64,000 nt of DNA from Eledone cirrhosa (Eukaryota). The notes under the pieces are model-generated. The model worked only from the letters and a program-made list of their open reading frames with translations, was not told the DNA's origin and searched no databases. Positions 42,895 through 58,900 of the stretch are shown here, piece by piece; position 1 is the stretch's first letter; every line of letters begins with the position of its first letter. A program made the position numbers and the translations under genes. The stretch spans positions 235,104,001 through 235,168,000 of the forward strand of contig OZ024740.1 in assembly GCA_964016885.1 (NCBI GenBank), read 5' to 3'.

Positions 42895-43539
42895 GTATTT
42901 CACTGAATCACTGTCTACTTTCTGTTTTTGACTTATCTTTAGAAAAAGAATTAATTCTACTCTTTTTATATTGAACATTCTTGGTTTTAGAATCGTCTTT
43001 ATTATTTGTTTTAATAAAAAAAATAAAATTTAAGATTACATATTTTATTGTAGTCTTATGTATAGAAAGTATAGAGGGACAGTACTTTTAGTAGGGATCT
43101 TAACAATTTCTCTTCAAGACACAGTAATCATATTTAGCTTCGGTTGTGTGGATTGAACAGAAGAATTGTTTAACCTATTTCTTGCTGTCCTTAAAATCTG
43201 ACTCTTGTCTCTCTCCAACTCTTCTGTTAACTTCTCTCTGTACTCCACCTACCACTAACGTCAGTCTAGTTATCTTCACTATATCAACACTCAGCCATAC
43301 CTGTCCTATCACACACACCCAACAGATAGTTGTATTGTAATATCACTATCAATCATTGAACTGTATTTTTATAGTTCCATTGATGTCTACTCTACAAGCC
43401 TTGCATCTTTCAAAAGAAACATTAACGAAGATTTCTCTGAATTAGTTGAGTTTTATGTCTGTTTTCTTTCTTTTTTTTTTAACTTCCATTTTCACATCAG
43501 TTCTTCAAAGTGATTAACTGACTACTACTGTCTTTTTAG

Positions 43540-43660
43540 GAAACAGCTACTCCCGATCTGGAAGAAAGCTGCCAAATTTATTGAAGAGAATGAATCTCGA
43601 ATCCGGCATGAAACACGAATAATTGAAGGGGAAGAATTTGATGTATGGCGATGGTTACCA
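43540..43660 (+). CDS. LEMD3: LEMD3-like exon (KQLLPIWKKAAKFIEENESRIRHETRIIEGEEFDVWRWLP)
   Basis: NESRxRxE...GxxFxVWRW hallmark. TAG acceptor, GTAAGT donor, phase 2 to 0. Confidence 0.96.
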
Positions 43661-43717
43661 GTAAGTAAACTACCAACTTTCTTTAAGATTAAAAAATAAA
43701 CTTTATTATTATTAATA

Positions 43718-44331
43718 TAAAGAGTGGTGTGCTCATGCGTAGAGATGCCAAAAAATGGGTGTGAAGACACTTAAAGATGTAAAAAGAAGTTACCATCAGC
43801 CGCTACAAGAAATTGAACCCCGTAGCTTCCTGATACTGGCTAGAAACTTTGAACCATCACGCGACCATGACAACTCTTACTGTCTTAAATTAGATAGCTG
43901 AATCACAGCTTTTAAATGTCAACAAACATTGTGTATACATAGCCAATCTCTTGGATTTTTACGAAGCGCTGGAGGAATAAATTTATTATAAAGACTGGTG
44001 TGCTCATGTGTGGAGATGCTAGAAAATAATTTATGGGCGAAAACCCTTAAAAACTGAACAATTTGCCAATGGCCACTACAAGGAATCAAACCCTGTATCT
44101 CCCAGATATTGGCTAGACACTTTGAAGCATTAAGTTTAATGGTTGAAAGTGCCTAGCCAGTATCTGGGAGATATGAGGTTCATTTCTTCATAGCAGCCAA
44201 TGGCAATTTTTTTCCGTCTTTAAGGATCTTCACCCTATTTTATAGCATGAGCAACACCATTCTTTATATTAAATCATCCCCTCAGCGCTTCGTAAAAGTC
44301 TTAGATTGGCTGCATATACATGATGTTTGTT
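43718..44331. mobile_element. Three copies of a tRNA-headed repeat (family D): two tandem on -, one inverted on +
   Basis: 43718-43860 resembles 43988-44130. 43921-44130 is approximately the reverse complement of 44136-44331. Head GGTTGAAAGTGCCTAGCCAGTATCTGGGAGATATGAGGTTCATTTC is tRNA-like. Confidence 0.7.
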
Positions 44332-45739
44332 TATGAAGGACAGTAGAGTGGTAGAATCATTAGGGCATTGGATAAAATTCTTTGTGATATCCATTCTGTC
44401 TTCAAATGCTGCATAAAATAAAGAACAAGAAATGGGGTCAATTTAATCGACTTCTCTCTCTCATATTGCTGGCTTTATACTTGAATTAAAAACCATTATT
44501 ATTGAATATATCTATATTATTCAACCCCATCCCCTATAGTGCTGTGGTAACAGCTGGGACTATGTATTTTAAAAAAACATGTTATTGCATCATGCACACA
44601 CTAATACTGATAGTTGCTGCAATGAACTTCCTCTAGCTGTATATGTTTACCTAAAAGAATCATCATCATTCTTATTTTTAAATCCACTTTTTTTGTGCTG
44701 ACAGTTGGAAGATACATTTTGAAGCAGAATTCCACAGCTTGATACCCCCTTCCTGACACCAGCCCTCTCTCCCCACTATTTTTTTTTTTTTTTCAGTAAG
44801 GCATTGATCTTCACATTTTGGTCTGCTGATCTGTGAATATTTCTCTATACAGGACACAAATGTCACCACCTGTGACTGTACATGTGGTGACATATGCAAA
44901 CAAACATGTGCATACATATATATGTATGTGTATACATACATGGAAACTGTAAGGAAGCCTGTTGTGTATCAAATCCATGCAGAAGGCAATGAGAGAGAAC
45001 CTAAAACTGTTGTTGTGAAGTAAATTTCATAACCATATAGCCATACTGTTCATTTATTGATCCTAGTTCATCTTAGTTGGAGATCTATTTGAAGGAATTT
45101 TAATTTTCTTGTTTCTAGCTATAACCTAGCTCTAACTGGTTTCATAAATTTCGAGGCAGTTTTAACAGCTGCATATATATACTTCTTTCACAGACCAATA
45201 ATTTACTGGCAATGTAGAGACATTCCCAGTAAATTATTGGTCTGTGAAAGAAGTATATATTTTTTATACAAATAGCTACAGGCAATGCCATGTGGTTAAG
45301 GAGTTTGGTTAGCAACCACATGATTCTGGGTTCAATCATACAGCCAGGTACCTTGGGCAAGTGTCTTCAAACACAGACTTGGGTTAACCAATACGTTTTG
45401 AGTAGAATTTGGTAGGTGGGAACTGCAGAAGTCTGTCGTACATACATACATACATATATATGTATGTACTATGTGTGTGTGTGTGTCTGTGTTTAGCAGT
45501 TCAGTAAAAAAAAAAAAGGCCAATTAAATAAGTACCAGCCTTGAAAAAATAAATTGGGTCAATATGATCGACTAAATCAAGGCAGTGCCCTGCGTGACCA
45601 CTATCTAAAGACTGAAACCAGTGGAATGCAGAAATTTACTTGTAATCTGTGTATTATTTTTTGTGTTTGAGCTTTACAGTATAAATGATAGTTGCATTAA
45701 TTTATTACTGATTTCTTTTTTGTTTCATTTGTTAAACAG

Positions 45740-45778
45740 GTCTGCTGTTCTGGTTCTCCTCACATGACTCAGTCCTTG
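45740..45778 (+). CDS. LEMD3: Candidate 39-nt symmetric exon (VCCSGSPHMTQSL)
   Basis: Polypyrimidine tract plus ACAG acceptor, TTG|GTAAGC donor, phase 0 to 0. Falls in the winged-helix to UHM linker. Confidence 0.6.
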
Positions 45779-47226
45779 GTAAGCTCTTCTAAGACAGCTT
45801 GTGTGACTGTATAGAATGTCTTCAGGTGGAAAAATCCTCAGTGTGTTGCTCAACCTGCTAGAAATAGCAGCCAAATCTCCCTTAATTCTCACCTTATCAT
45901 CTTAAAAATTGTAGTTCTCTTTATACTAAATGATAGTGTTTGCAGCTAAAGTACAGTTGATATAGGTCTATTGGATCAAAGCTGACTTAGAGCAGAATTG
46001 CAAAAATAACTACAACTTATATTTTAATTCATTTGTTGTACCATTATTATTTCAAAAATTTGTCTGCAGGTGGAAACAGTGAAATTAGTGCTGCTTAACA
46101 TATTTTTGGGGTCATGTGAAGGTGTGGGTAAGAGTGATAAAACTTATAGTAGTTAGACTACAGCTGGTCTGTTTCATCATCCAATAAAGTTGAAAATACA
46201 TCCTTCAAGAGCTGCTGCTGCTGTTGCCTGTGGTGGGGTCTCCATTACTCTTAACTATGGGCAAAGAAAACTTTACATTTATTTCATTCCTCATTTTTTA
46301 TGAGCCAACAAAATATCCTATGTATGGTTTCTTAACTTACTAGAAATAGCAGCCAAAACTCCCTTAATCCCTACATTTACAGTCTTAAAAAATGTAGTCC
46401 TAGATATGTAGAAAGACAAGGTGATTATAGCTGAAGCACCTTTGATCATAAGTTGTTTGGAGCAAAGCTGACTTGAGTCAAAGCAGCAATAACAGCTACA
46501 ACAACTTATGCTTTAGTTCATTTGTTGTGCTCTTATTATTTCTTAAGGGTGGTAGGTTGGCAGACCCATTAGAGCAGTGAACAGGTTGTTTTGTAGTATT
46601 TGTTCTAATCTAATTACATTTTGAGTTTAAAACCTGCCAAGTTCAACTTAACCTTTCATCCTCTGGGGGTCTATAAAATAAAGCAACAGTCAAGTACTGA
46701 AATTAGTATAATCAATTACACAATTCTGCCATTCCTCTCCCTTGTGCCTATCTAAAAGAAATTATTTCTTACCATAATTACTTGTCAGCATCAAGTGATG
46801 ATACTTTCACTTCATCATCATCAATTAACGTCCATTTTTCCATGTTTGCATGGTTGTCACATTATGAAATAAGCCAGGTCCAGAGATTAATATGCTCATA
46901 CGAATCTGTATTTTGGCTCCAGTGTGGACTGGATGTTTTTTACTGTTGTATTGAAGCAACCTTCTAACTGGGGGCTTTTTGTCATATCACCTTACAGGGT
47001 GGGCTGGGTGCTTTTTCATTTACTACTGAATAATCTGAGTTAAAACAGGAGAACTGTTTATAGTAACTAATTCCAAGTAACGTGGAATTGATTCCACCAC
47101 TTATCAGTTAAATCAGTTAAATACCTTGCTAGGCTGTATATCAGTAAATCTAATAGGTAAAATATTCTTTTGTAATTCTTAAGTTATTGGGAACTTCCAT
47201 CATGCTTTATCCCTTTTCTGTTTCAG

Positions 47227-47263
47227 AACCTGAATAATGGAGGCAAAATTTGGCAAGGCCAAG
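47227..47263 (+). CDS. LEMD3: LEMD3-like exon (NLNNGGKIWQGQ)
   Basis: KxWQGQ(AF) linker motif. CAG acceptor, GTAAAA donor, phase 0 to 1. Confidence 0.9.
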
Positions 47264-47369
47264 GTAAAAAAGTATTTTGATGAGTTTCTTATGTATGTAA
47301 AGTGTGTGTGGGAGAAGGATATATATAACTGGGGAGATAAAATAATGAATTACCAAGTCATCTAATAAG

Positions 47370-47440
47370 AGTGACTATATGCAGTCACTCAAACAGCTAA
47401 AAATAGTGACTATATGCAGTCACTCAAACAGCTAAAAATA
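47370..47440. repeat. 35-bp tandem duplication
   Basis: (AGTGACTATATGCAGTCACTCAAACAGCTAAAAAT)x2 at the head of a family C copy. Confidence 0.85.
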
Positions 47441-48363
47441 GCAGCAAAATCTACCTCAAATTACACCATATAATTTTTTTTTAAATACCCAGATACATCA
47501 TGATCATCACTGTTTAACATCAATATTCTATACTTGCATGGGTTATGCAGGTCAGGTGATGCATGTATGCTCTGTTTCAGGCTTGGTTTCTAAAGCTGGA
47601 TGACCTTCCTAACATCCACTAATATACTGAAAAGCACAATAAGATGCACCCAGTGCACTCCTTAGAGTGTGGGAACATATGTAAGCAATAAGCAGGCTCT
47701 GTCTATCTGAGAGATCAGTACCGCTGAGTAAATACTGACTTGGTCTGTGGTGACCTGTCCAACCCTTACTAGTTGGGAAAAACGGACGTTAAATGATGAT
47801 GATAATTATGACATTGGATAATGTTGTCCCAAATACAGTGTTTGAAGATGAAGGGATGATTATATCTGGAAGGCTTTTCATCATAGAACTGTCCTATCAG
47901 AATTGGCTGAATGTTAAACAGTGGGCTCAAATCTGCAGCAGATGTTTTTGAAAGTACAAAAATATGTTTGTGTGTCTTTTAAGTATAGGGATCTGATTTT
48001 CTGGAGAAAACATCTTAGAGCAACTTGTGTTTTTATTTTTGTTTGTTTGGGGTTTTTTTTCAGTTTTGGCAGGGAGGGAAGGGCAGTGCTGATGAGCCTT
48101 TTTAAGACCTCTGGCAGAAGGGAGGAAGATATCCTGAAAGCCTGAATGCTTACAATAGAATTGGGTGTACTAAGTGTAGTGGTGTTCAGTTTCGTAATGG
48201 ATTAAGTGTGGAGCAGATAGCTGTAAACAAGTATATCCTGCTTCATTGCCCAGAAATCATCTTCAGTTTGGTATTGCTAGCTCAAACATTTTACAACTGT
48301 CTTTCTCTTTGATGATTTAATGAAATATTTGTATTTTTATATATGTATTCTTTCTCTTCATAG

Positions 48364-48454
48364 CATTTGGAGAACACGATGATATAAGCAACAATACGCC
48401 TCCATACAGCCCTACACCATGTCTGAAAGTGCGTAATATGTTTAAAGCAGATGT
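48364..48454 (+). CDS. LEMD3: LEMD3-like exon (AFGEHDDISNNTPPYSPTPCLKVRNMFKADV)
   Basis: TPCLKxRNMF marks the start of the UHM/RRM. TAG acceptor, GTAAGT donor, phase 1 to 2. Confidence 0.95.
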
Positions 48455-49247
48455 GTAAGTATTGTGTACAGTTTCGTCACTCTCCTGTGTAACATACTCT
48501 TTTCATCATTGTCCATTGTCATTTTCCACCAACGTCTTTTCTCTTTTTTGAATATTGGCATATATCATTTTACATTTGGCCTTTATTACCTACTCCAGCT
48601 GAAATTGTCCATGCTAGTACATCATCTTTTTATGTCCCTTTCCATGCTGGCTTGAGAGCCCATAAGTCAGCTCTGATCAAGCAGTGTCTCTAGGACTATC
48701 CAATGTGTCCCTTTTTGTGGGTTTGTGTGTGTGTGTGGGGGGTGGGGGGGGGGGCTTTTTAAGATAGTAATGTATACTTCGAAGAAGATTTGGCTGCTAT
48801 TTCTAGCATATGCAAATAAGGAGATGGTTAACCTTCTTGATAAAGGTGGGAGAAGCCATTTAGTATTTCTAATACCACAGCATATTTTCTGTAAAGGTGA
48901 TTGTGCTTGCATATAACACTGTCCAAACTCTCCACTTCATCTCTTCGACATAATAATCTGTTTCCTTCTCTGTTGGAGGTTAAGTGAAAGTGTACTATAA
49001 GGCAGGCATGTCAAACTGGGAGGCCCTCTATGGCCACACACGACAACTAATTGAGCATATTACAACTAATTTTACGAAGATAAAACATGCTTGTGCTGTA
49101 AAAACCTTTGTGTGAGCTGCAAGTGTGCTTGTAAAGGGCTGCATGTCTGACATGCCTGCTATAAGGGACACAGGGAGCCTATTATCTTTATAATTTGTCA
49201 AACCTTTCTGTTGCTCCTTGTTCATGTCTGTTTCTTTCTATTTTCAG

Positions 49248-49353
49248 TGAAGAAGGTGATGACTGGGATGTACATATAGAAGATGCAATTTTAGAAAAAT
49301 GTAAAAATATCAATGGAATTCTTCACATTCATGTCGATAAATGTTCTAAAGAG
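49248..49353 (+). CDS. LEMD3: LEMD3-like exon (EEGDDWDVHIEDAILEKCKNINGILHIHVDKCSKE)
   Basis: Matches MAN1 IQEAILEKC...GIVHIAVDKNSRE. CAG acceptor, GTGAAC donor, phase 2 to 0. The terminal exon (GCVYVKC...) is absent from the window. Confidence 0.95.
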
Positions 49354-49929
49354 GTGAACCAAATTTTATGATTTCTTAATCTGTTTGATTGGCATTATGT
49401 AGGGCAGTATCTAAAGGTGTTCGATCAGCAGTATCAGTAGAACGTCGGATACCATGCTTCGTAGCATAGAGTTACTCACACACTGAGATCGATTTAATTG
49501 ACTTTCCCCTCCCCCTCCAAATTACTGGCCTTATGCCTAAAGTACAAACAATTATGTAGGCCAGTAGTTCTGAAACATTTTCTTGTATAACCTTTTTATG
49601 ATTTTCCAAAAAAAAATCACAGAACCCATACCTATATTTTACTGACTCATCACCACCCTAATTTTATGAAACAAAAATTGTTTTAAACAGTTTACTCATT
49701 AAAGAAAAAAACAACACATATGTATACATTTTATTAAAAAACATGTTATCTTATGGTATCCCAAAATATTTTTTATGGATCCCTGGATGTCCTTAGAACC
49801 CACTTTGGAAAAAAAACATTGAGACAGAGATATCTTATTCAATAAAATATTTACTCTGGTATACACAATAAATACTAGACATGCACTTCTGCCACAGCCA
49901 TTCATATGCAACACTCACTACACTACTAC

Positions 49930-52900
49930 AACACTTTAACACTGGCATCACCACACCACTACACCACTACACATTAGCATGACCACACCACTGCACCACT
50001 ACACCACCTTCACATTGGCATCACTATACCACTACACCACCTTCACATTGGCATCACCACACCGACCACACTACTACACCACCTTCACATTGGCATCACC
50101 ACACCACTACACCACCTTCACATTGGCATCACTATACCACTACACCACATTCACATTGGCATGACCACATCACTACACCACCTTCACATTGGCATGACTA
50201 CATCACCTTCACATTGGCATGACTACACCACCTTCACATTGGCATCACCACACCACTACACCACCTTCACATTGGCATCACCACACCACTACACCACCTT
50301 CACATTGGCATCACTACACCACTACACCACCTTCACATTGGCATCACCACACCACTACACCACCTTCACATTGGCATCACCACACCACTACACCACCTTC
50401 ACATTGGCATCACTACACCACTACACCACCTTCACATTGGCATCACCACACCACTACACCACCTTCACATTGGCATCACCACACCACTACACCACCTTCA
50501 CATTGGCATCACTACACCACTACACCACCTTCACATTGGCATCACCACACCACTACACCACCTTCACATTAGCATCACTACACCACCTTCACATTGGCAT
50601 CACCACACCACTGCACCACCTTCACATTGGCATCACCACACCACTACATCACCTTCACATTGGCATCACCACACCACTGCACCACCTTCACATTGGCATC
50701 ACTACACCACTACACCACCTTCACATTGGCATCACCACACCACTGCACCACCTTCACATTGGCATCACCACACCACTACATCACCTTCACATTGGCATCA
50801 CCACACCACTACACCACCTTCACATTGGCATCACCACACCACTACACCACCTTCACATTGGCATCACCACACCACTACACCACCTTCACATTGGCATCAC
50901 CACACCACTACACCACCTTCACATTGGCATCACCACACCACTACATCACCTTCACATTGGCATCACCACACCACTGCACCACCTTCACATTGGCATCACC
51001 ACACCACTACACCACCTTCACATTGGCATCACCACACCACTACACCACCTTCACATTGGCATCACCACACCACTGCACCACCTTCACATTGGCATCACCA
51101 CACCACTACACCACCTTCACATTGGCATCACCACACCACTACACCACCTTCACATTGGCATCACCACACCACTACACCACCTTCACATTGGCATCACCAC
51201 ACCACTACACCACCTTCACATTGGCATCACCACACCACTACACCACCTTCACATTGGCATCACTACACCACTACACCACCTTCACATTGGCATCACCACA
51301 CCACTACACCACCTTCACATTAGCATCATTACACCACCTTCACATTGGCATCACCACACCACTACACCACCTTCACATTGGCATGACCACACCACTGCAC
51401 CACCTTCACATTGGCATCACCACACCACTACACCACCTTCACATTGGCATCACCACACCACTACACCACCTTCACATTGGCATCACCACACCACTGCACC
51501 ACCTTCACATTGGCATCACCACACCACTACACCACCTTCACATTGGCATCACCACACCACTACACCACCTTCACATTGGCATCACCACACCACTACACCA
51601 CCTTCACATTGGCATCACCACACCACTACATCACCTTCACATTGGCATCACCACACCACTACACCACCTTCACATTGGCATCACCACACCACTACACCAC
51701 CTTCACATTGGCATCACCACACCACTACACCACCTTCACATTGGCATCACCACACCACCTTCACATTGGCATCACCACACCACTACACCACCTTCACATT
51801 GGCATGACCACACCACTACACCACCTTCACATTGGCATCACCACACCACTACACCACCTTCACATTGGCATGAGCACACCACTACACCACCTTCACATTG
51901 GCATGACCACACCACTACACCACCTTCACATTGGCATCACCACACCACTACACCACCTTCACATTGGCATCACCACACCACTACACCACCTTCACATTGG
52001 CATCACCACACCACTGCACCACCTTCACATTGGCATCACTACACCACCTTCACATTGGCATCACCACACCACTACACCACCTTCACATTGGCATGACCAC
52101 ACCACTGCACCACCTTCACATTGGCATCACTACACCACCTTCACATTGGCATCACCACACCACTACACCACCTTCACATTGGCATGACCACACCACTGCA
52201 CCACCTTCACATTGGCATCACCACACCACTACACCACCTTCACATTGGCATCACTACACCACCTTCACATTGGCATCACCACACCACTACACCACCTTCA
52301 CATTGGCATGACCACACCACTGCACCACCTTCACATTGGCATCACTACACCACTACACCACCTTCACATTGGCATCACCACACCACTACACCACCTTCAC
52401 ATTGGCATCACCACACCACTACATCACCTTCACATTGGCATCACCACACCACTGCACCACCTTCGCATTGGCATCACTACACCACTACACCACCTTCACA
52501 TTGGCATCACTACACCACCTTCACATTGGCATCACCACACCACTACACCACCTTCACATTGGCATCACCACACCACTACACCACCTTCACATTGGCATGA
52601 CCATACCACTACACCACCTTCACATTGGCATCACCACACTACTGCACCACCTTCGCATTGGCATCACTACACCACTACACCACTACACCACCTTCACATT
52701 GGCATCACCTTCACATTGGCATCACCACACCACTGCACCACCTTCGCATTGGCATCACTACACCACTACACCACCTTCACATTGGCATCACCACACCACT
52801 ACACCACCTTCACATTGGCATCACCACACCACTACACCACCTTCACATTGGCATCACCACACCACTACACCACCTTCACATTGGCATCACCACACCACTA

Positions 52901-55900
52901 CACCACCTTCACATTGGCATCACCACACCACTACACCACCTTCACATTGGCATCACCACACCACTACACCACCTTCACATTGGCATGACCATACCACTAC
53001 ACCACCTTCACATTGGCATCACCACACCACTACACCACCTTCACATTGGCATCACCACACCACTACACCACCTTCACATTGGCATCACCACACCACTACA
53101 CCACCTTCACATTGGCATCACCACACCACTGCACCACCTTCACATTGGCATCACCACACCACTACACCACCTTCACATTGGCATCACCACACCACTACAC
53201 CACCTTCACATTGGCATCACTACACCACCTTCACATTGGCATCACCACACCACTACACCACCTTCACATTGGCATCACCACACCACTACACCACCTTCAC
53301 ATTGGCATGACCATACCACTACACCACCTTCACATTGGCATCACCACACCACTACACCACCTTCACATTGGCATCACTACACCACCTTCACATTGGCATC
53401 ACCACACCACTACACCACCTTCACATTGGCATCACCACACCACTACACCACCTTCACATTGGCATCACTACACCACCTTCACATTGGCATCACCACACCA
53501 CTACACCACCTTCACATTGGCATCACCACACCACTACACCACCTTCACATTGGCATCACCACACCACTACACCACCTTCACATTGGCATCACCACACCAC
53601 TACACCACCTTCACATTGGCATCACTACACCACCTTCACATTGGCATCACCACACCACTACACCACCTTCACATTGGCATCACCCACCACTACACCACCT
53701 TCACATTGGCATCACTACACCACCTTCACATTGGCATCACCACACCACTGCACCACCTTCACATTGGCATCACCACACCACTGCACCACCTTCACATTGG
53801 CATCACCACACCACTACACCACCTTCACATTGGCATGACCACACCACTACACCACCTTCACATTGGCATGACCACACCACTACACCACCTTCACATTGGC
53901 ATCACCACACCACTGCACCACCTTCACATTGGCATCACCACACCACTACACCACCTTCACATTGGCATCACCACACCACTGCACCACCTTCACATTGGCA
54001 TCACCACACCACTGCACCACCTTCACATTGGCATGACCACACCACTACATCACCTTCACATTGGCATGACTACACCACTGCACCACCTTCACATTGGCAT
54101 CACCACACCACTACACCACCTTCACATTGGCATGACCACACCACTGCACCACCTTCACATTGGCATCACCACACCACTGCACCACCTTCACATTGGCATC
54201 ACCACACCACTGCACCACCTTCACATTGGCATCACCACACCACTGCACCACCTTCACATTGGCATCACCACACCACTGCACCACCTTCACATTGGCATCA
54301 CCACACCACTGCACCACCTTCACATTAGCATCACCACACCACTACACCACCTTCACATTGGCATCACCACACCACTACACCACCTTCACATTGGCATCAC
54401 CACACCACTACACCACCTTCACATTGGCATCACCACACCACTGCACCACCTTCACATTGGCATCACCACACCACTACACCACCTTCACATTGGCATCACC
54501 ACACCACTGCACCACCTTCACATTGGCATGACCACACTACTACACCATCTTCATATTGGCATCACTACACCACCTTCTCATTGGCATCACCACACCACTG
54601 CACCACCTTCACATTGGCATCACCACACCACTACACCACCTTCACATTGGCATCACCACACCACTGCACCACCTTCACATTGGCATGACCACACTACTAC
54701 ACCATCTTCATATTGGCATCACTACACCACCTTCTCATTGGTATCACCACACCACTGCACCACCTTCACATTGGCATGACCACACCACTACACCACCTTC
54801 ACATTGGCATGACCACACCACTACACCACCTTCACATTGACATGACTACACCACCTTCACATTGGCATCACCACACCACTACACCACCTTCACATTGGCA
54901 TCACCACACCACTACACCATCTTCACATTGGCATGACCATATCACTACACCACCTTCACATTGGCATGACCACACCACTACACCACCTTCACATTGACAT
55001 GACTACACCACCTTCACATTGGCATCACCACACCACTGCACCACCTTCACATTAGCATCACCACACCACTGCACCACCTTCACATTGGCATGACCATACC
55101 ACTACACCACCTTCACATTGGCATCACCACACTACTGCACCACCTTCACATTGGCATCACCACACCACTACACCACCTTCACATTGGCATGACCATACCA
55201 CTACACCAATTGGCATCACCACACCACTGCACCACCTTCACATTGGCATCACCACACCACTACACCACCTTCACATTGGCATCACCACACCACTACACCA
55301 CCTTCACATTGGCATCACTACACCACTACACCACCTTCACATTGGCATCACCACACCACTACACCACCTTCACATTAGCATCACTACACCACCTTCACAT
55401 TGGCATCACCACACCACTACACCACCTTCACATTGGCATCACCACACCACTACATCACCTTCACATTGGCATCACCACACCACTACACCACCTTCACATT
55501 GGCATCACCACACCACTACACCACCTTCACATTGGCATCACCACACCACTACACCACCTTCACATTGGCATCACCACACCACCTTCACATTGGCATCACC
55601 ACACCACTACACCACCTTCACATTGGCATGACCACACCACTACACCACCTTCACATTGGCATCACCACACCACTACACCACCTTCACATTGGCATGAGCA
55701 CACCACTACACCACCTTCACATTGGCATGACCACACCACTACACCACCTTCACATTGGCATCACCACACCACTACACCACCTTCACATTGGCATCACCAC
55801 ACCACTACACCACCTTCACATTGGCATCACCACACCACTGCACCACCTTCACATTGGCATCACTACACCACCTTCACATTGGCATCACCACACCACTACA

Positions 55901-58900
55901 CCACCTTCACATTGGCATGACCACACCACTGCACCACCTTCACATTGGCATCACTACACCACCTTCACATTGGCATCACCACACCACTACACCACCTTCA
56001 CATTGGCATGACCACACCACTGCACCACCTTCACATTGGCATCACCACACCACTACACCACCTTCACATTGGCATCACTACACCACCTTCACATTGGCAT
56101 CACCACACCACTACACCACCTTCACATTGGCATGACCACACCACTGCACCACCTTCACATTGGCATCACTACACCACTACACCACCTTCACATTGGCATC
56201 ACCACACCACTACACCACCTTCACATTGGCATCACCACACCACTACATCACCTTCACATTGGCATCACCACACCACTGCACCACCTTCGCATTGGCATCA
56301 CTACACCACTACACCACCTTCACATTGGCATCACTACACCACCTTCACATTGGCATCACCACACCACTACACCACCTTCACATTGGCATCACCACACCAC
56401 TACACCACCTTCACATTGGCATGACCATACCACTACACCACCTTCACATTGGCATCACCACACTACTGCACCACCTTCGCATTGGCATCACTACACCACT
56501 ACACCACTACACCACCTTCACATTGGCATCACCTTCACATTGGCATCACCACACCACTGCACCACCTTCGCATTGGCATCACTACACCACTACACCACCT
56601 TCACATTGGCATCACCACACCACTACACCACCTTCACATTGGCATCACCACACCACTACACCACCTTCACATTGGCATCACCACACCACTACACCACCTT
56701 CACATTGGCATCACCACACCACTACACCACCTTCACATTGGCATCACCACACCACTACACCACCTTCACATTGGCATCACCACACCACTACACCACCTTC
56801 ACATTGGCATGACCATACCACTACACCACCTTCACATTGGCATCACCACACCACTACACCACCTTCACATTGGCATCACCACACCACTACACCACCTTCA
56901 CATTGGCATCACCACACCACTACACCACCTTCACATTGGCATCACCACACCACTGCACCACCTTCACATTGGCATCACCACACCACTACACCACCTTCAC
57001 ATTGGCATCACCACACCACTACACCACCTTCACATTGGCATCACTACACCACCTTCACATTGGCATCACCACACCACTACACCACCTTCACATTGGCATC
57101 ACCACACCACTACACCACCTTCACATTGGCATGACCATACCACTACACCACCTTCACATTGGCATCACCACACCACTACACCACCTTCACATTGGCATCA
57201 CTACACCACCTTCACATTGGCATCACCACACCACTACACCACCTTCACATTGGCATCACCACACCACTACACCACCTTCACATTGGCATCACTACACCAC
57301 CTTCACATTGGCATCACCACACCACTACACCACCTTCACATTGGCATCACCACACCACTACACCACCTTCACATTGGCATCACCACACCACTACACCACC
57401 TTCACATTGGCATCACCACACCACTACACCACCTTCACATTGGCATCACTACACCACCTTCACATTGGCATCACCACACCACTACACCACCTTCACATTG
57501 GCATCACCCACCACTACACCACCTTCACATTGGCATCACTACACCACCTTCACATTGGCATCACCACACCACTGCACCACCTTCACATTGGCATCACCAC
57601 ACCACTGCACCACCTTCACATTGGCATCACCACACCACTACACCACCTTCACATTGGCATGACCACACCACTACACCACCTTCACATTGGCATGACCACA
57701 CCACTACACCACCTTCACATTGGCATCACCACACCACTGCACCACCTTCACATTGGCATCACCACACCACTACACCACCTTCACATTGGCATCACCACAC
57801 CACTGCACCACCTTCACATTGGCATCACCACACCACTGCACCACCTTCACATTGGCATGACCACACCACTACATCACCTTCACATTGGCATGACTACACC
57901 ACTGCACCACCTTCACATTGGCATCACCACACCACTACACCACCTTCACATTGGCATGACCACACCACTGCACCACCTTCACATTGGCATCACCACACCA
58001 CTGCACCACCTTCACATTGGCATCACCACACCACTGCACCACCTTCACATTGGCATCACCACACCACTGCACCACCTTCACATTGGCATCACCACACCAC
58101 TGCACCACCTTCACATTGGCATCATCACACCACTGCACCACCTTCACATTAGCATCACCACACCACTACACCACCTTCACATTGGCATCACCACACCACT
58201 ACACCACCTTCACATTGGCATCACCACACCACTACACCACCTTCACATTGGCATCACCACACCACTGCACCACCTTCACATTGGCATCACCACACCACTA
58301 CACCACCTTCACATTGGCATCACCACACCACTGCACCACCTTCACATTGGCATGACCACACTACTACACCATCTTCATATTGGCATCACTACACCACCTT
58401 CTCATTGGCATCACCACACCACTGCACCACCTTCACATTGGCATCACCACACCACTACACCACCTTCACATTGGCATCACCACACCACTGCACCACCTTC
58501 ACATTGGCATGACCACACTACTACACCATCTTCATATTGGCATCACTACACCACCTTCTCATTGGTATCACCACACCACTGCACCACCTTCACATTGGCA
58601 TGACCACACCACTACACCACCTTCACATTGGCATGACCACACCACTACACCACCTTCACATTGACATGACTACACCACCTTCACATTGGCATCACCACAC
58701 CACTACACCACCTTCACATTGGCATCACCACACCACTACACCATCTTCACATTGGCATGACCATATCACTACACCACCTTCACATTGGCATGACCACACC
58801 ACTACACCACCTTCACATTGACATGACTACACCACCTTCACATTGGCATCACCACACCACTGCACCACCTTCACATTAGCATCACCACACCACTGCACCA

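Noticed and set aside
13763-49353. Calling the LEMD3-like gene a pseudogene
   Set aside because: All downstream exons are stop-free, phase-consistent and conserved. The single frameshift lies in a homopolymer near a contig end.
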